A stretch of 63,373 nucleotides of DNA, filler included, from Intoshia linei (Eukaryota; Animalia; Orthonectida): assembly GCA_001642005.1 (NCBI GenBank). It is 7 parts of 7 records of this genome, joined end to end, with 100 filler letters (N's around TTAATTAATTAA, not from the genome) between each part and the next. Parts side by side here need not be neighbours in the genome. Positions count along the whole stretch, not along the records: positions 25,897 to 39,223 come from LWCA01001032.1; positions 39,324 to 48,543 come from LWCA01001392.1; positions 48,644 to 54,353 come from LWCA01001737.1; 4 more parts are not named here. One strand, written 5' to 3'. The position numbers were made by a program, and so were the translations under genes. This document shows positions 38,681 through 50,842 of the stretch, in pieces. The notes below the pieces were generated by a model, which saw only the letters and a list, made by a program, of their open reading frames with translations, had not been told where the DNA came from and ran no database searches. Position 1 is the first letter of the stretch. Each line of letters begins with the position of its first letter.

Positions 38681-39000
38681 GCTAAAAAAAAATTTAGAAC
38701 ATTCATAAAATATTATATAAATAGTTGTTAAAATCATTTAATTATATTTGTTTTTTTATAGATATTGTATAAAATAATTATACATCTTATTATATAATAA
38801 CTTACGATAAAAACTGATTTAATTTTAATTAAATTCTAAATAAAGTTTAAATACCATTTTTTTATTGGAAAAAAGTGTCCCAAAATTTTGATTAATTATA
38901 AATTAAAGCTTAATTAAACAGGTAATTATTTAATTTTTTTATTTTTTTTTTATAGTGCATCATCTTTAACAGTATGCATAAAGAAAAAAATTGAATAATA

Positions 39001-39223
39001 ATGAAAAACGAAAAATCACGCAATTAGTTTTGGCGAATCAAAACGTGTCTGAAATTGCTAGGATTATTAATAGAAGTAGGCACGCCATAAATAATTTCAT
39101 AAGAGGTGTGGAAACAACTGGTAAATGCAAAATGGGACGTCCAGATATATCCAGATGATCAGAGATATTCTTCATAGAAGGGACAATGAATTCTGTAAAA
39201 TACACAAAAGTGTTACAAGACTA
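39001..39223 (+). pseudogene. Tc1-like transposase N-terminal HTH fragment
   Basis: SEIARIINRSRHAINNFI and EGTMNSVKYTKVLQ fragments. Confidence 0.55.
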
Positions 39224-39386
39224 NNNNNNNNNNNNNNNNNNNNNNNNNNNNNNNNNNNNNNNNNNNNTTAATTAATTAANNNNNNNNNNNNNNNNNNNNN
39301 NNNNNNNNNNNNNNNNNNNNNNNAATAAAGTTTTAAGAGCATAAATAAAGTTTTACAAGATATTTACTGAGTACCACTGGTGGTTC

Positions 39387-40324
39387 TTAAACAGTGAAAG
39401 TGTTTTTCAATTGTAGAATTGCTAAATCGTGCTTTTCTAACCATACGAATTTAGATTTTTTTTGTATTAATTCGTTTATATCTATGGCTAGTTTTGCATA
39501 GTTTTTAATAAATTTCCGGTGGTATCCACACATACCGAGAAAAGATCTTAATTTTTTTAAATTATTAGGAGTTGGAATTTTAAGCAATTTTGAAATTTTT
39601 GATTTGTCTACGTGTATGAGTGTAAGTGTACGTTACATTTGTTTGGGTTGAGAGTAAGGCCGGCCGCTTCGATGCGACTCAAAACAGTTTACATGTATTT
39701 TTGGTGTTCGGGTATGGATTTAGAGGTAATAATAATGTCATCCAGATAGACTATCACGTAATCTAGGCTTTCTACTATATTATCCATTATCCGCTGACAC
39801 GTGGCTTGAGCGTTGCTCAAGCCAAAAGGCATTTTTTTTAATTGATACAATTTTTTCCCGAAATGGGTGGCAAACGCTGTTTTGGGTTTAACCTCTGGAG
39901 CTAATGGCACCTGTCAAAACCCGCTTGATAAATCAAGTATAGAGCAAACAGATTTATTACTTAAAATTTTCAAACATGATCTTAAGCAGTGTGGTGGGTA
40001 AACATCTGATACAATATTTGAGTTGAGTTTTCTATAATCTACGACAAATCGGTAAGTTTCGTCTTTTTTTGGAGTTAAAAAGAAAGGTGAACGGTATCTA
40101 CTATTACTGGGAACTATAATATTGTCTTTTAACATTTTGATAATCATTTTTTCCACAATTTTGTTTTGATTAATTGGTATAGGGTAGAATGGACATTTAA
40201 TTTCCAGATTTTCGGATTTTAAAGATATAATATGATAATATTCAGTTACAGATCCTGGTTTTAAATTAAAAATGTCTTTGTAATCTTGTAGTAGTGATGT
40301 CAGCGATCTGTCAGCATCGGGCAT
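39387..40324 (-). mobile_element. Ty3/Gypsy reverse transcriptase remnant
   Basis: YRFVVDYRKLN, LDLSSGF*QV, KTAFAT, MPFGLSNA, VYLDD, AGLTLNPNKC, LRSFLGMCGYHRKFI; stops and frameshifts. Confidence 0.93.
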
Positions 40325-40329
40325 TAACT

Positions 40330-40890
40330 ATTGTATTTTATGGTACATCTATGGTGGAATATCAAATAAATCCTTCAAAAAGACCAAGAATTGCTAAAAA
40401 TGAGTTACAGGGGACATCGAAATATAGTGAAATTTTATTGGAAAATAATGCTGAAGAAGAAATTCCACTTAATTCCCTTGATTTATTTACAGGGAGTGTT
40501 AAAAAGGATCGGATATCTACAGATCTGGCAGAAGAAATTTGTAAAAGGGCTAATTTATCATTGTCTCAAACTATAACTGTTCTATAGGTGATTTATAATA
40601 CATTCAGAGACGAACGAATAAAACCGCCAACAAGGAGCGCGTTGAATAAGTCCACAATAAAAAAAGCAAAATTATATAGTTCTCAATTATTTAACAGTGA
40701 GAATGCGGGTGTTTTACAATTTGATGGTAAAACATATTTTAAGTAATATAGTGAAAAAAAACACATTCATGCAATTTGTTACAATGAAAAATTGATTGGA
40801 TTTGTTGAAATACCCAACAAAACGGCTTACACTATATCTGAAAAACTATTGGCACTACTACAAAAAAACAATTTATCTCAATGTAATTCG
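40330..40890 (+). pseudogene. hATm-like transposase N-terminal remnant
   Basis: VLQFDGKTY motif shared with the 48644-49791 transposase; stops. Confidence 0.6.
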
Positions 40891-41355
40891 CATAAATACG
40901 TTTATTATCCAGTATTGGTCAATTGAATGGTTTGGTGTTAGATCATTTATAAATTGGAACAATCTTATTAATTGCGACATAATTTGTGTTTTTGTTAATT
41001 TTGTGTATTTTTCTCTTAGAGTTAATAAAAGTGGATTTTTTTAACATATGTTAATATTTACATATTTAAAAATGTTAAATAAATAAACAGAATTTGACAT
41101 TATTTTAACTTTATTTTCGAACTTTGATTGAAGTTTAAAAAATATAGCTTAAAATGATTTTTATTCAAAAATTTTCTGGTACCCCAAAAACTGATTTTGC
41201 ACCCCAGATTAGGAACCCATGTTGTATAGCAAAGAATACAAATTGTGACTCTTGAAAATCATTTTATGCTATACTTTAATAAATCAATATTCATATATTA
41301 TTTATGACTATTTATTATTATTATTGATTACATGATATAGGAAAATTATATTTTA

Positions 41356-41556
41356 CTAGGTTGCTGTTGTGTACTACGTACAAACAGCACTTTTTTTATT
41401 ATACAAAAAAAATAAATTAACATGAAAATCTAACTTAAAAATCCTACTATTCATTATTATCAATCCTTTAAAGGGGCGGTTGCCAAACTTGTAGTTATTG
41501 AAATAAACGCTAACACACACAAACAAAAATTGCATCGCATATTATATAAGTAAGGA
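41356..41556 (-). mobile_element. Complete 201-bp non-autonomous Helitron
   Basis: Minus strand starts A|TCCTTACTTATATAATATG and ends with hairpin GCTGTTTGTACGTAGTACACAACAGC followed by CTAG|T; inserted between A and T with no TSD. Confidence 0.85.
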
Positions 41557-42065
41557 TTACTCTGCATTAAAGTTCTGTATCTGATCTTGTTGAGGCGATA
41601 TGTACAAACGAAATGAAAAAGTTATGTCATCAACAATAAATCCTTATACACGATTAAAATTTAATGAACAATTTAATTTAACAAAAATTTTCGACACGAT
41701 CCCCATTTCGTCTTCGGATTGTATTTCAGAACTCTACTGTGCATGTGATACAAAAAAAATAAAATTGTTCGCAATTATCCATGAAAAATATCAAATTACC
41801 CACAGGTTGGAAATCAGCTATAAACGAATTAAATTTAAATTTGGTTTATTGTGGGCACGCCATTTATTTGAAGAAAACTTGACCGCGAAGCTATACCAAT
41901 AGGGAATCATTGATGTAAGCAAAATAGTGAATGAGAATATTCTTAGACAAACCACAACAATGATAAAGAGTGTAAATTTAATAAAATCTGTATATATAAT
42001 TAAACATTTATATAATGTGCCATTCTAGTAAATCTTTGAGAATAAAGCAAATAATTTAAAAATTG

Positions 42066-44621
42066 TTAACTAACCACCGAATTGTCAGATTTGATATCAC
42101 ATTTGCTTTTAAACAGTTTATTGCATTCAATAATATTGTACTTTATATGCCTAACAGCATCACCAGCGTCATTAATACAAAAGCACCAAGTAAACAGTTT
42201 TTCCTCAGATCTCTTTCGGTGAGTAGACGTGGTAATGAGATCAAAAGAATCATAAGTAAAGGTGTTTTGCATGGATTTTTCTTCAAAGCTAATATTTTTC
42301 ACTTTATTTTCGATAAACTTTGAAAACGTACCTAATAGAGTTTTTTTGGAATTAATGGAATTACTTTTTGTATTATCTACATTCAAACTTTCATTCAACC
42401 ATCCAGATTTCACGTCATTATCATTTTGGACATAATCAAATGCTTCTGAATTGAGAGACGAATTTAAATTTGAGGGATTTTCCAATTCATTAGATTGCAT
42501 TTTATCGTCAACTATATTATTACAATCAATATCATGTTTTTTTTGAGATGTATTACCTACATTTAAATAATTGAGGTATAGATTTTGTTGCATTTGTTGT
42601 ATAAACCGAACATTTTGTTTTTTCATGTATTCGATAGTATAAAAACGCAACGTTATGATATTTGGGTCCCTTTTTTTAGCAGAGATACTTTTAATTTCAA
42701 CAAGGTATCGAGATGCAATTAAAATACATTTATTAGAAAAAGTAGTAAGATTTCGATAAACCATGAGTCTCATTTTTGTTACAAGTAAATAGCAATTGTA
42801 CACTTTGTTATTTACAAACAACTTGCAAGTGAAAAACACATTTTCATTAATTTCGTTACAACTGTGAATAAGATCAGTGACATTGATAGGATGGTGAAGT
42901 TGTCCCGATTCGTACTTGTTAAAAATTGAACTGTCTTGACTGCTCGTTGAATAACTATCAACATTTTCCTTGATAAAGTCAGTTACCTTATTTTTAATAT
43001 TAGTGGATTTTAGAACAAGCAAATCAAAGTAACTTTTTTCATTTTCTTTGGATTCGTTAGTGGATTCAATTTTACAACAATATTGACACATTTTGACATT
43101 GTGATTACGAATAGAGTTGAATTTTTTCTTGTTATTATCGACTACAATATTTTTCACATATTGATGATACGCACGATACCCATTGTCCAACAAACACACC
43201 CGCTTGGTATTCATCTTTAGTAAATGAGAAAGTAGCATGTTGGTATCAGACATTGCCATTTGTGTGTTTGGGTCAGGATCGTTTCCCTCATCCACCAATA
43301 AAATAACATCAGTTGCTGCATTGGATCGCAAGGAAAGCATGGCTTCAATAGCGGTCGTAAATTCTTTGGGTGACTGAATGAGAAGGGATACATCAATATG
43401 GTAAGAATTGTACAAATGTCCATTGAAATTGAATTGATTTGCCTGTCTACAATCAAGAATGAAAAACTTGTGGTAATTCATACGATCACAATAAATCAAT
43501 GAATCAAAAACTTCAGACGGGGAAACTGTAAAACACAATGGAGAATAAAATTTAACAGGTACATAAATGTTAATTGTATCACCTTCTCTAATATTGGTAC
43601 AGGTTTCATCGCTAGAAACGGATTTTTCATCAATTCCTAAAGTAGAATTGTCAGTGTGTTTTTGAAAAATTGTGTCTTGGTACCAAACCCTAAAAGAATA
43701 AGGTGTTTGGGAAATATAATACTTGGCAAGTGAGATAAAATCAATGACATCGTTACAATTAATATTTTTAGGTAAATTGCGAAGTATTTCATCTACTCTT
43801 TTAGATTCGTGATAACCGGCAATTATTTCATCGCGACTGTTTATACATAAAACAATAATTAAATAAAAAATCATAAATTGGTCAGCATTTTGAAAGTAAA
43901 ATGCCCATAAATGTGTGAGTTCAACTGGAAAAGAATCAATAGAAAATAATGTGTACATCCAAGAATTAAAAACAGGCTCTACATTTTTGGATTCAGTGTC
44001 AAATAGGGACGCTAATTGAGGATCATGAAAATAAAGCAGAAATCGTAAAAAATTGAAACTGTCGTTACATTGATATGGTACATAATAATTTAGTATAGAT
44101 GTGGTGGTATTGTATATATCAGATTTAGAATAATTCAAGAATAGCAATGGGAAAACTATAAAACAAATATAATCATCTTTATTATATTCGCCATCTTTAC
44201 CGGCTTCACTATTTTCTTTGTAATAACATGTCACTATTGCTTCGAGATCAGATGAGTAATTTGAATTTATTTTAGCCACCTTTTCATCCACCGAAAAGGA
44301 TGTAACATCATTATGTAATATTTGCTGATTAGTTAAATTATAAATTTCATCAAATACGATATCAGCTATTTTAATTTTATTAAGTTTTAAAAATTCTTTC
44401 AAGAGTATAGGTTTTATTAACAATTGAGACTCAATGTTTATAGAGTCATTGTCTTTTTTAATGGGTTTTTTTGGTTTTGTTTCATCGTCAGAAAATATCA
44501 AATTTTTTATAGATTCGTTTAAATCACTGAATGAATCGTTTGTTCCATTTGAATCTTCAATACCTGTAGAATCGTTTAAACTTGATACATTTTCATCATT
44601 TTCTAAACTATCAAAACTCAT
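42066..44621 (-). CDS. TBC1D23: TBC1 domain family member 23 (TBC, rhodanese-like and C-terminal PH-like domains), single exon
   Basis: RFLLYFHDPQLA, HLWAFYFQNADQF, LAKYYISQTPYSFR, FFILDCRQANQFNFNGHL, NMLLSHLL, ISAKKRDPNIITL; first ATG at 44621 (ORF track starts at an upstream TTG). Confidence 0.92.
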   Translation of the reverse strand: MSFDSLENDENVSSLNDSTGIEDSNGTNDSFSDLNESIKNLIFSDDETKPKKPIKKDNDSINIESQLLIKPILLKEFLKLNKIKIADIVFDEIYNLTNQQILHNDVTSFSVDEKVAKINSNYSSDLEAIVTCYYKENSEAGKDGEYNKDDYICFIVFPLLFLNYSKSDIYNTTTSILNYYVPYQCNDSFNFLRFLLYFHDPQLASLFDTESKNVEPVFNSWMYTLFSIDSFPVELTHLWAFYFQNADQFMIFYLIIVLCINSRDEIIAGYHESKRVDEILRNLPKNINCNDVIDFISLAKYYISQTPYSFRVWYQDTIFQKHTDNSTLGIDEKSVSSDETCTNIREGDTINIYVPVKFYSPLCFTVSPSEVFDSLIYCDRMNYHKFFILDCRQANQFNFNGHLYNSYHIDVSLLIQSPKEFTTAIEAMLSLRSNAATDVILLVDEGNDPDPNTQMAMSDTNMLLSHLLKMNTKRVCLLDNGYRAYHQYVKNIVVDNNKKKFNSIRNHNVKMCQYCCKIESTNESKENEKSYFDLLVLKSTNIKNKVTDFIKENVDSYSTSSQDSSIFNKYESGQLHHPINVTDLIHSCNEINENVFFTCKLFVNNKVYNCYLLVTKMRLMVYRNLTTFSNKCILIASRYLVEIKSISAKKRDPNIITLRFYTIEYMKKQNVRFIQQMQQNLYLNYLNVGNTSQKKHDIDCNNIVDDKMQSNELENPSNLNSSLNSEAFDYVQNDNDVKSGWLNESLNVDNTKSNSINSKKTLLGTFSKFIENKVKNISFEEKSMQNTFTYDSFDLITTSTHRKRSEEKLFTWCFCINDAGDAVRHIKYNIIECNKLFKSKCDIKSDNSVVS

Positions 44622-45210
44622 TTCTTGTCTCAATCGACTACTTTACGATTTATTTTAAATAAATAAACAAGTAACTATAACTAAAATTAATGCAGCATTG
44701 AAGATTTATTCCTTACTCGTGTTTTGATAGCGTCTCTTGGAAAAAATAATTAAGTTGACTGAATTTCAACTATAAAATATTTAAAAATTATTAATCATTT
44801 GTGATAAATGATAATGTTTAGTTGATTATTTCTAAATGTGAGTCACACACAAAGAATGATTAGTATGTGATCACTGATCAGTGTATATAAATTTAAAATA
44901 ATTAAACTTAAATTTATATTTTAACTAAATTTTAAATAAAGTAAATAAATTACCATAGATGAAAATTAAAAAAATAAAATAAAGTTATTATTAATTATTT
45001 GAAATTATCGCAACAACTCTTAGATTTATTATAAAACTTCTAAAAACTGAACCTTTTCATTTCAATTAAACTTTACAAAAATTTCCTGTACTAATGTTGA
45101 ATTTATCAAGGTTTATTTATCAATTTTATTGGCATCGGGATCTCAAATGATCACTGGGGAATTGTTGAGTATCAGGGTCTTATGCAGTTTAAGTCCAACA
45201 ATATGAACAA

Positions 45211-45732
45211 TAGGGGTGTGAACGAATTTTTATATTAAAAGTGCACCCTTTGACCATATGAACATTTTGAAAATATTCAATTTGCACCCAATCTAACCTC
45301 TCAACTGTTAAAAAAAACCCTGGGGCATCGCCTCTAAAGTTTTGATAAATATATCGCTCACAGTAACTAATACATGTAATACATACTAATAATATATGAC
45401 AATTTTCTTAGATTAATAAAGATGCGCAAAATTATTGTCTAGCGAATCATGAACGCCGAATTGATAAAAAACCGATTCCAATGAGAAAACTGAATAAATA
45501 TAAAAAAATATAAATTTAAAATTAATTGTTATGGAAATAATTTTTACTATGAAATTTACTATACAAAATAAATTAAATTTTGTTTATTATTCATATTTTT
45601 AAGTGCTTTTCCCCAGGGTTTGTTTTAATCCTTTTTATATAACTTTGTGATAAAGTTGTACCATTCAACTCTTCCACGTATGGGGTGGCACACTTGTATT
45701 TTCGCAAAAAAGTGAATTAATTCACACCCCTA
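45211..45732. mobile_element. hAT MITE with TAGGG termini
   Basis: TIR TAGGGGTGTGAA / TTCACACCCCTA; perfect TSD ATGAACAA. Confidence 0.92.
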
Positions 45733-45889
45733 ATGAACAATTATTTATTGTTTATATATTATTATTGATATCACATTACCTTTTAACATTATTTTAAGTG
45801 AATTATTTCGAGTTGAATTTATTTTGTTAACATTTGTGTAAAAAATTTTAAAAAAAATTGTTATCTCATTTTTTTATTATATTAGACAG

Positions 45890-46054
45890 TGTAGTATTAG
45901 ATGGGAAGTATTGAAAAATATAAGTTACAAATTTAATATTTTTTATAATATATTATAATATAAATTTAATATATAATAATTTTAACTCTACAAACAATCA
46001 ATAACAACTATAGTTTACTTGATGTAACTGTACAGTTAATATGGTAACATTACA
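45890..46054. mobile_element. Solo LTR, 165 bp
   Basis: TGTAGT...ATTACA termini, 5-bp TSD GACAG; uninterrupted paralogous site ATTAGACAGAATGTGTGTATAAT at ~56997-57019. Confidence 0.85.
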
Positions 46055-46239
46055 GACAGAATGTGTGTATAATATTAACAATAGAGTAAAATCAGTGCAA
46101 TCCTAAAAATTGGCATAAATAGCATGTCTTCAAAATGAGACCACATATATCAGTGATGGCAGCCAACTAAAACTAGGTGTATAAATAATTTTTACATTTA
46201 TTTAGATTTAAAAAATTGAGCTGTAAGTTTTTCAATGGG

Positions 46240-47290
46240 ATATTCATAACATATTGATGTTAACACTACACAATCCAAACTAGTTTCATTGTGAAATCTA
46301 TTCCTTTTATGATTTTTGACATTATTTAATGTGGAAAATAACGATTCACAAGAATATGTAGATCAAAATATAGCTTTAGCTAGACATTTCAGAATATTAA
46401 ATGTTTCAGGCATAGAATTCCAAACTTCTAATAACATATTTGATTGGTTAAAGTAGGTAACATCTTCAAATGATTTTGTAAGTCTATTTCTTTAATTTCT
46501 GATCTCACTTTAATAAATTTTTGCTTCCAAATGGAACTTGTCTGAAATTTTACCAACTGATTTTCTAAGTTTATCCAATTAAAAGAATCATTGTCTAAAT
46601 TTTTGTATTTTATGTCATCAGAATATTTTATGAACATTATGGCTTTATAAGTGAATCAATGCTATCTAAGAAAATGATATTCGCTCTTTCGTTTGTACTA
46701 TATAGTATTTCACTTGATTCTACATGAATTTTTCAATTTAGTTTTCCCGTACCCTTGTAATTTAAGGTTAAGTTTATTTAAATACATTGAAAGGTCATTA
46801 AAAAACATAAGACTAATAATCCATTCGTTATTATCTAATTAAGAGTAAGAGTTATCTTTATATTTTAAAAATGTTTTAATTTCTGATAAGCATTCTAGAA
46901 AGCGCTTAAGAACTCTACTTAGCCATCTGATATTGCTGTACATAAGAAGTACATTACAACTTGATTCTACATCCTATAACATCAAAGTGAATTCTCTTTT
47001 GTGTAATGCACGTGCAGGGATGTAATTAATGATTTTCGTTACAGTGATAACAACCATATTTGAGTGACTCAGAGTTGTTTTAGAGCATAGTACTTCTTGG
47101 TGTATAATGCAATTAGAGGATCACTCACAAAATTTGAAAAATTGACTATACATCCATTAGTATGTCCAACCATGTTTTGAGCATCATCTGTTGTTACGCA
47201 AAAAAATTTTGACATATTTATACATTTTTTTGAAACATCTTTACAATACAGTACCGTGCAAATGTTTTGAGCATGTCTATCCAAATTTTA
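46240..47290 (-). pseudogene. SPIN/GTF2IRD2/EPM2AIP1-like hAT transposase remnant
   Basis: CVTTDDAQNMVG, LLMYSNIRWLS, KLQGY, STYSCESLFSTLN; many disruptions. Confidence 0.85.
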
Positions 47291-47419
47291 TAATTTAACA
47301 ATAAAGTATCTTAAATATAGACATCACAAATAGAAAAAATGTTTGCTTATTAAGAATTTAATGTTGATCAATTTAATTTAAATCTAATTAGATTCAATTT
47401 AAATTTTATGAATCGGTTG

Positions 47420-47542
47420 TGTAGTGATATCTGAAATAAAGAGGAAGATCGATTGTATTTTAAAATATAAAATTTATAGAAACAAATTTATTTTAATAAT
47501 AAGTTTATCGTTCAAGTGTTCTGATACTATAGAAACACTACA
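47420..47542 (-). repeat. Putative 3' LTR (123 bp) of the adjacent Gypsy element
   Basis: 7-bp inverted termini TGTAGTG...CACTACA directly after the integrase tail; AATAAA on the minus strand. Confidence 0.7.
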
Positions 47543-48540
47543 CCTCTGCAATAAGTTGAGAATGGGGAGGGAGGGGGTGAGAACGTTTCCGGTAGGGGTA
47601 TTGTTTTTTAGAGGTAACCGGTTTATTTAGCATATAGTCAATATCGTGGCGAAAATTTTTTTTGACGCGTTTGTTGTAATTAGTTGTCATGTTCTTTAGA
47701 TATTTTTTTCTGTATGAAATCAATGATTTTTTTAAATGGTTCAACTTTGTTTTATTAATATTATTATCCACAAGGGAGTTGAAATTGTGAATAATTTTCA
47801 AAGATTATTGGGAAATGTACGAGAGAACCTGAGACTTGCCATGATTGAGTGCAGGTGAGTGTCCCATTGAGAAAAATCTTCCTTGCATAAAATTCTTAAT
47901 TTTGTAAACATATGCTTCCGCAAATGTATGTGTTATGTCCAACTGACTACATAACTTGTTCATCAATGAACTTGTAAACTGTGTTCCTTGATCTGTCTGG
48001 AGTTGTTTCGGTAGACCATAACGTGTTATTATATGTTCCCAAATTGATTTAATAATTGTCTCCGTTCTGATCACTTCCACTAATTCCGGCCAACAGCTAA
48101 AGTCATCAATCATTGAAATGATATATTTTTTTCTTTTAATGCTTGTAGTAAAAAGTCCTAAAAAATCTACTTGTCATAAATCATTAAAATTATTAATTTT
48201 AACAGTTTTTAGAGGCTTATACAGCTTATGATTCTGAATTTTCGATAGATGACAGGATTCGCAATTTCGAACAAAATCTCGTACCTTTTCAAATATTCTT
48301 GGAAAAAATACATTTCTTATAATGATCTTAGCTAATTTTGATACACCAGGGTGTACGTATAGCTTTGATTCGTGGTAATGTCTAATAATATCCACTGACA
48401 TATTACATGGTACAATAGGTACGTGCGCTGGAAATATCTGAGAAAAATGTAAAGCATCGTCACGTATAATTAAGTTTTTTCGATATTTAATAGTATTGAT
48501 TATTTTTGGATAAAGTTCCGTTATTTAAAATAAAATTACG
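47543..48540 (-). mobile_element. Ty3/Gypsy integrase remnant
   Basis: H2C2 zinc domain (HYH...HPG...CESC) and rve core (IDDFSCWPE, RYGLPKQLQTDQGTQFTS). Confidence 0.92.
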
Positions 48541-48643
48541 CAANNNNNNNNNNNNNNNNNNNNNNNNNNNNNNNNNNNNNNNNNNNNTTAATTAATTAAN
48601 NNNNNNNNNNNNNNNNNNNNNNNNNNNNNNNNNNNNNNNNNNN

Positions 48644-49978
48644 ATTGGTTATATTTCAAGTAAAACAAGTGTTGTAAAATTACACCCCTCCCAAATATTT
48701 GTTTCTGGTAAGCAAATAGCTCAAATTGCAAAAAAAAATGGATATGCAGTAAATTCAACCTCTTGCATTGCTGAGAGTGTATTAGGTTTGATTAACATAA
48801 AATGTGCAAAACGCAGTGCCATTCAAAAGGGTCTGTCTGATATTAATACTACAAATGAATTAATAAAATTAAAACTTGCAAATATTACTGAGTTTTCATT
48901 ACAATTTGATGGGAAAACATATAATGGAAAGCATTATATGTCGATTGCAGTTAATTCTAGTGAAGGTGGGTATTTATTAGGAATGAAGATCATACAAAAT
49001 GGAAGAGCAGAGACTATAACAGCGTTACTAGTGGATACAATTAACAGTTTTGATATATTAAATAAGATAAAAATAATAATATGTGACACAACCAATGTTA
49101 ACACTGGTAAACGTGGAGGCGTCGTTAAGAAATTAAAGGATATTATACCTAGTGTTTTATATCACCCCTGTCGATTACACGTGTTAGAATCCTACATCAT
49201 TACTTAAACCACTTTTTTATAGATACAACTACTTCACCAAACCTTGAATATTACTTTATTAAGGAAACTTTATTAAATTTTAATAAATGGCTAAAGAATT
49301 ATATCGGCGTTGGAGATATAATTATATATCCCAAATCAAATAGGAATGATTATAGTGAATTAGCAGCTCTCTGTGAAGCTTATAAAATAAAACTATTATC
49401 TGGTCATAACCCAAATATTGATTTTAAAAAGCCTGGGGCTTTATCAAGAGCACGGTGGAACTCTAGGGCTATTTATTTGTTAAAATATGCAATTTTAAAA
49501 AATGACATTGAACCTAATATTCAACGGTGTGCTAGTTTTGTCGCCAATCATTGGGCTCCGGCATGGTTCAATTGTAGAAGGACGATCGATGATATAGTTC
49601 ATTTAAAAGAATATATTTTTGATAAAGCTTTACAGACATATCAGAATAATGATATCTTCAATTCACAACTTTTGGAAATAGATTATACTAATGAAATCTG
49701 TGAGCGATCTCTATCGGTCTTGCATACGTTTGTCGATAGATCGCCTAAATCATATGAAACCAGAATATTGAATTATTTTAATAAATTGTAAAATAATAAT
49801 ATATTATAATACAATATAATACGATGTCTATCGTAATTATTAAATAACTCATGCGCATAAGATTATTTTGAATTTTTTGATAATTTTTCCTATAAAGCTT
49901 CATCAATCATAATTTTTCATCTTGAAATAATGGGCTTTTTTAAATATAATCAAAAATATTAAAATTTTCACAACCCTA
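48644..49978 (+). mobile_element. hATm-like DNA transposon, transposase with one frameshift (~49190) and right terminus
   Basis: LQFDGK, ICDTTNVNTG, PCRLHVLE, ARWNSRAIY, TNEICERS; ends in CACAACCCTA. Confidence 0.8.
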
Positions 49979-50842
49979 ATGTACATTGTACATTGATTTC
50001 TTTTTGGTCAATATATCTAAGTCTCTACGCTATAAACATAGAATGTTACATTTTTTATTTAAATACTTTTATTTAGAATGTATTTAAGATATGATACATA
50101 TCACTTAATTTATTATATAATTACTTTGTATTATGGTTTTATTAGAAAATTTAATTTAATTAAAAAAATACATTTTTTTGTCATAAATTTTGATGAATGT
50201 CATTTCTTTTAAAATTATTAATGCATGTACTTTATTTAATTCATCATATTAGTCAGTAAATGTTTTAAAAATTGTTAATTTTAATTTTATCAATTAATAA
50301 AAAAAATAAAATTTATACTCGTTTATATAGAAAAAATTTGGATTAGCATAAATTTTTATTTATAAATTAGATGCTATATAACAATTTAATATCATTTTGA
50401 TCCTTTATAAATTATAATACATTTGTATACATGATGCCTTATTCAGACTGTTTAAAATTTCACATTTGTAAAATAATGAAGCATAAGTCGACATTCATTT
50501 ATCGGTTCATTTTAGGTTCGCGTAAAACATTATGAAATTTGAATATTCCTTCGGAACACCAAAAATTCGTAAGTAAAATTAATCAAAAAATGAAAACTAT
50601 GATGAATATGTAGCTTAATTTTTTAAACAGAATGAAAGTTGAATTAACATTAAAATTACATATATATTTTATTAGATCAATGACTACGTTGCTGTTGTTT
50701 ATTTGATAATTTTGTCAAATTATAAGTACCATAGAACAGGACATTTTCCCAAGATTAAGATCATTAAGATTTTTAGCTGAACACTAGTCATCATCTCGCT
50801 TACCCTAATCGGAATACCGGTTGAGAAGCGCTGTCTTAGAGC

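Noticed and set aside
42063-44658. Short ORFs overlapping TBC1D23 (42063+, 43217-, 44434+)
   Set aside because: Shadow or alternative-frame ORFs without independent support
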